Positions 56,014-64,000 of a DNA stretch of 64,000 nucleotides are shown one piece after another. The translations under genes were made by a program, and so were the position numbers. Source of the stretch: Octopus vulgaris (taxonomy: Eukaryota); contig OX597819.1 of assembly GCA_951406725.2 (NCBI GenBank), forward strand, positions 56,668,001 through 56,732,000, read 5' to 3'. Position 1 is the first letter of the stretch, and each line of letters starts with the position of its first letter. Under the pieces are notes generated by a model. That model was not told the origin of the DNA. It worked only from the letters and a program-made list of their open reading frames with translations, and did no database searches.

Positions 56014-56348
56014 GTATATGTATGTCTACATATATATATATATACGTATATATATATATATATACACACATATATATACACACACACACACACACATATA
56101 TATATACTGAAAGGTATTGTGCGATTCGTTACCTTAAACTTTGACTGGTTCTATATATAATTAATAATGCATGCACACATACACACTAACACAAGCATAC
56201 ACACACATATACACCCACGTTAGGTTCGATATAAACATTGTTTGCGCTATATAATACTCCTTTTGTTACCAATTAGATATGTGTGTGTATGTGTGTATTT
56301 GTGTATACGAACGTGTATGGTGTATCTGTATGTATGTATGTATATATG

Positions 56349-56382
<34 letters not shown>

Positions 56383-56530
56383 TGTATGTATGTATGTATG
56401 TATGTATGTATGTATGTATGTATGTATGTATGTATGTATGTATGTATGCATGCATGCATGTATGTATGTATGTATGTATGTATGTATGTATGTATGTATG
56501 TATGTATGTATGTATGTATGTATGTATGTA
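55905..56530. repeat. (TA)n and (TATG)n microsatellites
   Basis: Directly visible. Confidence 0.93.
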
Positions 56531-56876
56531 TTTATTTATTTATGGTTGTATGTGTTTCTGTGGGCGTACCTGCGTGAGGGTATATTTCTGAATATGGGCA
56601 TCTGTACACATTGTGCACTGAAATTTTGAAGGAGATTCCAGAGAACTCTTGAAACCTTATGACTTCCAAAGCTTCAATTTCTTGGAACTATTTCAACTCA
56701 AGATTATTTCAAGGAAATATATATTATATAGGCCTCAAGCGTCGGAATTCTGTTTGCTTAATAAGTTCCTAACATATTTATATTGCAACCAAATAAATAT
56801 TATCATAGTCAGATAAACGCATGAACGCATGCACACATACATACATACATACGCACATAGATATATGTGTATATAT

Positions 56877-56914
<38 letters not shown>

Positions 56915-57089
56915 CATGCACGTAAGGAAGTAATTTTGATTTCAGCGCACGAAGTAAATTTCTATATCAGGAGATCTTATATTCTAAATATTTAGAAATT
57001 GAGCTCTTGTCTTCAGAAATAGAAGCCATAATGTTGACCATGAACTAGTACTTCCTTGATATATATCTATATGTATATATATATAAAAG

Positions 57090-57635
57090 ACAAAATAGAA
57101 TGAAAAAACTACAGAAGGCTTGCGTTATATGCTTAAAGAATATATTTAAATAGTTATGTAAGAAAGATGTTATAAAATTTTGCGTATAGTAGTAACATTG
57201 TTTTTGGAGAAATAACCGGTTTCATATTTTCTTTTCAAATTTCTCAAATTTCTTTACCTGTATTGTGTCATGTCTTCGCCATGTTGTGAAATATGCAGTT
57301 CCCAAATGGGGAAGGTAATCAGGGATTTTTCTGGTATAAGGGTGATAAGGAAAAGGTTGGGAATGACTAGGTTTTATTGATTTAACATGATTTGGTTTAG
57401 AAAATACAGTGTGTTACACGTGGTTAGGTTTTGCTTTATATTTTTTTAAATGAGGTGAGTTTCCATATTTAAAAATGTTAGAAATGGTTAAGTTTTGGCT
57501 TATATTTTTCAATGAATAAGTTTTCCTTATTTAATCTAACTTGTGTTGTTGTTCCACTGGCACATTGACAAAATGGAACGATTGCAAATTGTAGTAGCAG
57601 TTGCTTCGTGCATTTCTCAATTGATTTTTTGACCA
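57090..57635 (-). mobile_element. Penelope-like element 3' end (GIY-YIG C-terminus plus LTR)
   Basis: FAIVPFCQC...RLNKENLFIEKYKPKLNHF* matches the Penelope terminal 'E..FI....P.LN' motif. A hammerhead-like motif lies about 230 nt downstream of the stop. Confidence 0.7.
57207..57245 (-). ncRNA. Minimal hammerhead motif, U3:A8 variant
   Basis: Minus: gagaaat-TTGAAAA-gaaaatat-GAA-accggt-t-atttctc. 7-bp stem I, palindromic stem III, vestigial stem II. Confidence 0.55.
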
Positions 57636-57636
57636 T

Positions 57637-58030
57637 AGTGGAGGGTGTCTCAAATTTAAGGCAACCAAATATGTTTAATTTTGAGAAAAGCAAACAATTT
57701 TCATATTTCAGGTCCGAGCGTTGCAATACTATAGTGAAGGAAACACAATCCTGACACTACCACATTTATTCGATATGATCACCACTGTTTCGAATCATAG
57801 CCTTAAGTCTTGGTGCGAATGTCTCACACGCGGCACGCAGCAGTTCTTGCGGAATCGAAGCCCATTCCTGGAGCAGTTTTGCCTACAGAGCGTCGGGCGA
57901 TGCATGAAGAGTGCTCGAAGCCTTCGTCTCCAAAATGGACCAAGTAGAAAAGTCCAAAGATTGAGACTGGAGCTTCTTGAGGATCATACATCCATGCATA
58001 TGAACGACGGAATGTTTTTCTGAATCCATT
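57637..58030 (-). mobile_element. Tc1/mariner-superfamily (maT/DD37D-like) transposon 3' remnant
   Basis: Minus translation ...LDFSTWSILETKASSTLHASPDAL*AKLLQEWASIPQELLRAACETFAPRLKAMIRNSGG. Candidate terminal repeat 'gagggtgtctcaaa' near 57640. Confidence 0.7.
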
Positions 58031-58338
58031 TGCTTTATTCACCATAGTAATATCATTCTAATCTTATGCTAAATATTAATGGTAAAGAAATCGGCGGTTC
58101 GATCCTGAAATGCTTCATCTTGTGCCTATCGTTTCAAGAGTTACTTGTCAAGACTGGTATGACCAATATATTGTGAGAGGAATGTGGATGATGGAGATTA
58201 TGCTAAAGTCATCAAATACATTTATAAATATTCAGGATTTTATCAAAAGTAATATATCTTATACAAACATTATATGGCAGAATACTTTGTATTTTATACA
58301 GTTCCTAGTCTATTCCCTTTGCAATCACATAAATAATT

Positions 58339-58515
<177 letters not shown>

Positions 58516-58637
58516 ATGCATGTATATAGGACTGATTACTGGATGATGGATATTTCTCATCATTGGAAATGTCATGCAATTAAACTTTGTTTATCTGGAT
58601 TGTTGTGCACATTAAGTTTCTTTCTTTCCTTTTTTCC

Positions 58638-58681
<44 letters not shown>

Positions 58682-58896
58682 CAATTAATATAATCAGCTG
58701 TTTGCAATGTTTCACCAAAGACGAGTTACAAATGCCACCAAATGCGGAATGCGACTGGAGTAAGACCTAAGCAGCTTTAATGCTATAGTTAACGGTCTGT
58801 GTTAGTAAATATGGTTTCATACCTACATACATATATACACCCCCCCCACATATATACATACATACATATAAATACATACATACATACATACATACA

Positions 58897-58932
<36 letters not shown>

Positions 58933-59021
58933 TATATAACAATTGCTGCGTGGAAGGTGTTTATAAGCCATTTAAGAAACACACAAAAACCGTTAAATCC
59001 ACTTCAACATTTAAATTTCAG

Positions 59022-59070
59022 TTGTCAAAATATTTTCGTCGCTTTGAGACCGCGACCTGTTCACTGACAA
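59022..59070 (-). ncRNA. Minimal hammerhead ribozyme motif, G3:C8 variant
   Basis: Minus: ttgtca-GTGAACA-g-gtcgc-ggtctcaaa-gcgac-GAA-aatatt-t-tgacaa. 6-bp stem I, 5-bp stem II and palindromic stem III are all perfect. Confidence 0.7.
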
Positions 59071-60174
59071 AACTTCGTGTTTTCACGCTGCAATTGTTTT
59101 CGTTCCAGCACATGATCCCAGATCAAATTCCTCCCTGTGCAAATTCATCTCAGTATATATATATATATATGTTCATGTTTGTGAGGGTCTTTCGCTAATG
59201 TTTATCGGCGAAATACGCAACCATCGGCAAAAAATAAAGTTGTCCTCAAGCGATGATCCTTGCACCAGGTTGCACAAGATCCATTAGTCCCTCAATACAT
59301 GCTTCGTAGACAAATTCAGAGAAGCATCAGCCCATCCATTGAATATCTGTAACCATCATCATTTGTGTATATATGTTGCACCATATAATGATTTCTGATT
59401 TAAGCATAAGTCCGTCAATTTTAAGAGTGGAAGATTTTCCCGTTCTATCGACATTAGTACTTGACTGATACTTTATTTTAGCAATGAGAAATAAAGTTTA
59501 TCTTGGTGTGATTTGTACTGACAACATGATAATTCGGAAGAAATGCCGCAAATCTATTTTTCCAATGCTCTAATGATATTGCCAATTTACAGTTGTAACC
59601 AAGGTGGAATATAGAAAGCCTTTTAAACTTCAGAGAAAATCATTCATTTTAAGGGTAGTGGGGAATCTATTACATTACCCCTAGTTATCAACCGGTATGT
59701 ATTTCATTGCTGGTAGCAATGCAACTTGAACACAGAACATAAATGCAGGAAAATATGTCTTTGCTGGCGCTTTACTAATTCTGCTGCTACACAGCCAGAA
59801 CCAATGATGCAATATATAATGAACGAATATGAATCTAACGACTAATTTACGCGCTGTATATGTAATTTCGGCCGGTATGTGGTAGTCTTTTATGATACGT
59901 GTTCAAATTCCACCTTGGTCGTTTTGTTTTCAGCATTCTGATGAAACAAAGATGAGTCACGATATAGGACGCTATATAACCGACTCTCACTTCACTCCAA
60001 CATCACATGGAAACAATAAAGATGATTACTTGTTGATGGATAGCTCTCATCATTGGAAAGGTCAAGCAATTAAACTCTATTTATCCGGACTGTTGCGTGC
60101 ATTAATAGATAATAAATACTAAGTAGTACTGGATGGAAATATTTCTCGACGTCTCCAAAATAAAAATGACTTGT

Positions 60175-60400
60175 CTCCATCATCCTGATCACCATCACAA
60201 TGAGTATCATCATCATCATGATCATCATCATCATGATCACCATGATCATCATGATCATCATCATCATCATCGTCATCGTCATCATCATCGTCATCATCAC
60301 CACCACCATCCTCGTCCTTCTCCTCCACATCATCATCATCATCTTCATCATCATCATCGTCACCGTCGACGACGACGACAATAACAACAACATCGTCCTC
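60175..60400. repeat. (CAT)n-rich low-complexity tract
   Basis: Directly visible. Confidence 0.92.
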
Positions 60401-61019
60401 AGCTGCTGCTGCGCCGGCCGCTATCGTTGTCATCTTATTCTTCATTATTACAAAATCACAGACACCTGTCACTTATATTGTTAATGCCCTGCATGAAGGG
60501 TTTTACAATCGCTAACTCGCATGCGAATATTATTGGGAATGGCGGAGGCGTATTACCCGTTCTATGAAAGGTAACTTTGAAACTACACTTTTGCTATCTG
60601 GGGTATTTGATAAAAGTCAAATTATACTTATTGTATGTATACCGTAGATACTGATATTACCTACTGTAGCAAAAGTGTATTAATAGTCTTGTATCAATTG
60701 AAGCGATGTAGTCATTTGGAATAATTACGTATAATTTCGTATAATTTCGTATAATTTCTTCTAGTGAGCAAAATCCTAACGATTTATGCAAATCTCCCAG
60801 TGATTAATGCAAAGAAAAAAGAATACGCCGTTAACGAACAAATTACATGACAGAGTATCTAACGAAAATATCCATTTCAATAAATATCAACTATTGCAGA
60901 GCTTTTTCCAGCTATGGCTAACTAATATGCCATTCGGTCTCTCCTATTTCTCCTGCTCATCCCCCGTCTTCTCCTCCCCTGAGTCTCCTCCTCCTCTTCC
61001 TCCTCTGCTATATATATAT

Positions 61020-61262
61020 TATTCTTTATTCTTTTACTTCTTTCAGTCATTTGACTGCGGCCATGCTGAAGCACCGCCCTTAGTCGAGCAAGTCGACCCC
61101 AGGACTTATTCTTTGTAAGCATAGTACTTATTCTATCGCTCTTTTTTGCCGAACAAATAAGTTACGGGGACGTAAACAAACCAGCATCAGTTGTCAAGCG
61201 ATGTTGGGGGGGGGGGGGGGGCAAACACAGGCAGACAAACATATACACACACATACATATTT
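61020..61262 (-). mobile_element. SINE family A, 3' half
   Basis: 'tttcagtcatttgactgcggccatgctg...gaccccaggacttattctttgtaagc'. Confidence 0.82.
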
Positions 61263-61885
61263 TCATCCCATCTAACGACATTTAGAGATACCTGGTAATG
61301 AAAGAAAATACCTCGTATGATGAAACCTGTAAGAAACAAACCACGGGCAAGAAATAACTAAATGCTTCATAATTGTATAAAATACATAGGACTGAGAAAG
61401 ATGGGGGAACAACACCAAGTTTGACACACAGGAAAAATTTCAAAGGAGTGTTTGAAGATTCGGGCCTAAGCTCATCTAAAAAAAAGGAGAGACGAAAGAA
61501 ACAAAATGGAAAGAGGAATGAAAACGGAGAGAGAGAAAACACAACCAATAACAAAACAAAAACCCCATGAGAAACAAATATGGTGCTCTGAACTTTCCAC
61601 ATAAATAAATCAATAAGCCAGGCAGGATGTGGTTGCTGTCCAGTATACATAGCAACATATGAATAATTTGACTGGATGTTGAATGATATCTGAGCTATTG
61701 ATGTTAAAACTGGAAGTCACATCAGAGTTTTCCACAGGCAGTGAGTGCTTCTCAACAACTGATGTTAGGTTCAGCTCCACTGCACAACACCTTTTTCAAG
61801 TGTCTTTCACTTTAGGCCTGGGACGCCCAATACCTTGTGAGTGAATTTGTTGGCTGGATACTGTGTAGAAGTATATATATATATA

Positions 61886-63140
61886 CGAGGGGCGTTCAAT
61901 AAGTAATGCCCCTGATCCACTTGAAGTTGTTCGATCTAGCGCAATTACTTATATCTCTATAGATTAAGTGGCAAATTAAAGCTCTAAACTAATTGTGGTT
62001 TCTGATTTACAGGTGTTTGAACTGAGTCAAGTGTGAAATGGAGTCTGTTGAATGTCGATCAGTGGTCCGGTTTTTGTATTTGAAAGGACGCATACCACGG
62101 GAGACTTTTGATGAAATGAAAGTAACTTATTGTGATAATGCCCCATCATATGACCTTGTAAAACGCTGGCATCGTGAATTCAAACATGGTTGGAACTCTG
62201 TGGAAACAGCTCCCAGATCTGGTCGCCCCCTTCTGCCATTGATGAGGCATCTGTCCGTCAAGTTGAGGCTTCCAGTTTGGAAGATCGACGCATAGCTATT
62301 CGCCAAATAGCCCATGAGGTCAAGATTAGTACCGGGTCAGTGGAAACTATCATTCATGACCATTTGCATATGCAAAAGGTGTCTGCCAGATGGATTCCCA
62401 GGTTGCTCACACCTTTCCAGAAGCAAGAACGCGTCGAGTGCTCGAGGATGAATTTGGAGACGTACCAAGAAGATGAGTCAAACTTTTTCAAAAGACTGAT
62501 TTCACGGGATGAAACCTGGGTCCATCACTATGATCCAGAGACCAAAGCCCAGTCAATACAGTGGAAGTACCGTGACTCCCCTCCTCCAAAGAAGGCAAGG
62601 GTGCAGCCCTCCGCTGGCAAGGTCATGCTCACAGTCTTCTGGGACCAGGACGGAGTAGTGATGACAGATTTCCTGGCAAATGGTGCCACAATTACAGGAG
62701 CCTATTATGCTTCCCTTTTTTGCGGAAATTAAGAGAAGCTATCAAAATCAAGAGGCGGGGCAAGATCAGCAAAGGCATCCTCCTCCTGCAGGACAACGCT
62801 CTGGTCCACAACTCGCGTGTCGCCAGATCAGAAGCACAGGCGTGCGGTTATGAACTCCTCCCCCATCCCCCTACTCTTCTGACCTTGCACCTTCTGATTT
62901 TCACCTCTTCCCAGCCATGAAGTTGTTTTTGAAAGGAAAGCGTTTCCCAGATGATGCAGCCTTGATTTCTGAAGTCACGTCGTGGCTGGAGAAACGGTCT
63001 TCAGAGCTGCATCAAACAATGGGAGGAATGCGTAACTCTGGGTGGTTCCTATGTAGAAAAAGACTAATAACTGTGCCAAGTTTCGTTGCTCTACTGCTAT
63101 GGGATGTGGGTCAGGGGCATTACTTATTGAACGCCCCTCG
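61886..63140 (+). mobile_element. Full-length mariner (DD34D) transposon, 1255 bp
   Basis: Perfect 30-bp TIRs cgaggggcgttcaataagtaatgcccctga (61886-61915 and 63111-63140) with TA on both sides. Confidence 0.96.
62038..63067 (+). pseudogene. Mariner transposase pseudogene (frameshifted)
   Basis: HTH region ending RSGRP; WIPRLL linker; DETW; QDNA; PYSSDLAPSDF after correcting a 1-nt deletion, giving D34D spacing. Split over four track ORFs. Confidence 0.93.
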
Positions 63141-64000
63141 TATATATATATATATTTATATATATATATATACATAATCAAAGCAGTTTTGCGAACGAGA
63201 ACGTGAAACTCTGAGTAGCACGTTTTGTGATGGTTTTCAACTTTAATTACAAAGTATATTACTCTACTTCCGGTTTTCGAGTAATATTTTAACCCACCTT
63301 GTTTCACATTTATGTGCTTACTTAGGTATATATGCATGTGCGTGTGTGTGTGTGTGTGTATGCGTGTGCGTCTGTGTATTTATGCGTGTGAGTACAGGTT
63401 TCTATTCACGTGTGTGTGTGTGTGTGTGTGAGTTTGCGTGGATATACGTATTGAAAATGCCGTGAAGCGGTTCAGCATAAAAGAGAGATAGAACATGTAC
63501 CAGACTTTAAAAAAAAAATACCGTAGTGGATTTGTCCGAATAACCCTTTGAAGGCATTGCCATAGAATGGCAGCACTTCAATGTCTGAAACTAGTAAAAG
63601 ATAAACGATAAAAGATCAATAGTGCTATAGATTGCGTCTTCCTGAAACGATGAAAAGTAGCTGATGTCTCACATCGATTGAAACAGACTTTGAAAGTCGC
63701 ATCACGTCGCTTCCATGTCTACTTGCCATCAAGTGTTGATGCTTCGAAGTCTACAAATACTACGCAGTTAACTTTGTGAGAAATGCGAGGAAGTATTCTG
63801 GAACTGATGACCAACGACACACGCCCAAAGATTCACTGCAAATAGTCAGCAGAATAAAGCTTTATACCCCCAGTTATTCATGCCTGGCTATATTGCCTCA
63901 AAGTGGAAGATACGTATCCAAAGGCCTCAAAGTGTAAGTAACACTGATAACCAAATTAGCCTATTTTGAACTACTAGCGACTGAGATTTTAGCTCTCGCT

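Larger units (their letters stand above)
61735..63615 (+). mobile_element. Old SINE family A copy split by the mariner insertion
   Basis: 5' half at about 61735-61870 ('ggttcagctccactgc...aagtgtctt...ccttgtgagtgaattt') and 3' half at about 63440-63615 ('gcggttcagcataaaagag...ctgaaactagtaaaagataa'). Confidence 0.6.

Overview
AT-rich, microsatellite-saturated eukaryotic intergenic or intronic DNA. The repeat content looks like an octopod cephalopod genome (inference). No host protein-coding exon, rRNA, functional tRNA gene or CRISPR array can be supported, and most ORFs in the track are translations of (TA)n, (TATG)n, (TATC)n, (TAA)n and (GAT)n tracts. The window is a nested transposon landscape: R4/Dong-type restriction-like-endonuclease (RLE) LINE fragments sitting in (TAA)n tracts (one with an intact 371-aa C-terminal ORF), a young RTE 3' fragment with a 9-bp TSD, a full-length but frameshifted DD34D mariner, Tc1/maT and Penelope (GIY-YIG) remnants, many tRNA-derived SINEs and two long palindromes. 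Three observations stand out. (1) A tRNA-headed element with an internal (TAA)n tract and a 3' minimal hammerhead ribozyme, whose (TAA)n tract has been invaded by other elements in both copies that retain the head. (2) Several further minimal hammerhead motifs of the Penelope-LTR type, including G3:C8 and U3:A8 core covariants. (3) A U6 snRNA 3' fragment fused directly to the 5' end of a SINE. Boundaries of degenerate elements are approximate.
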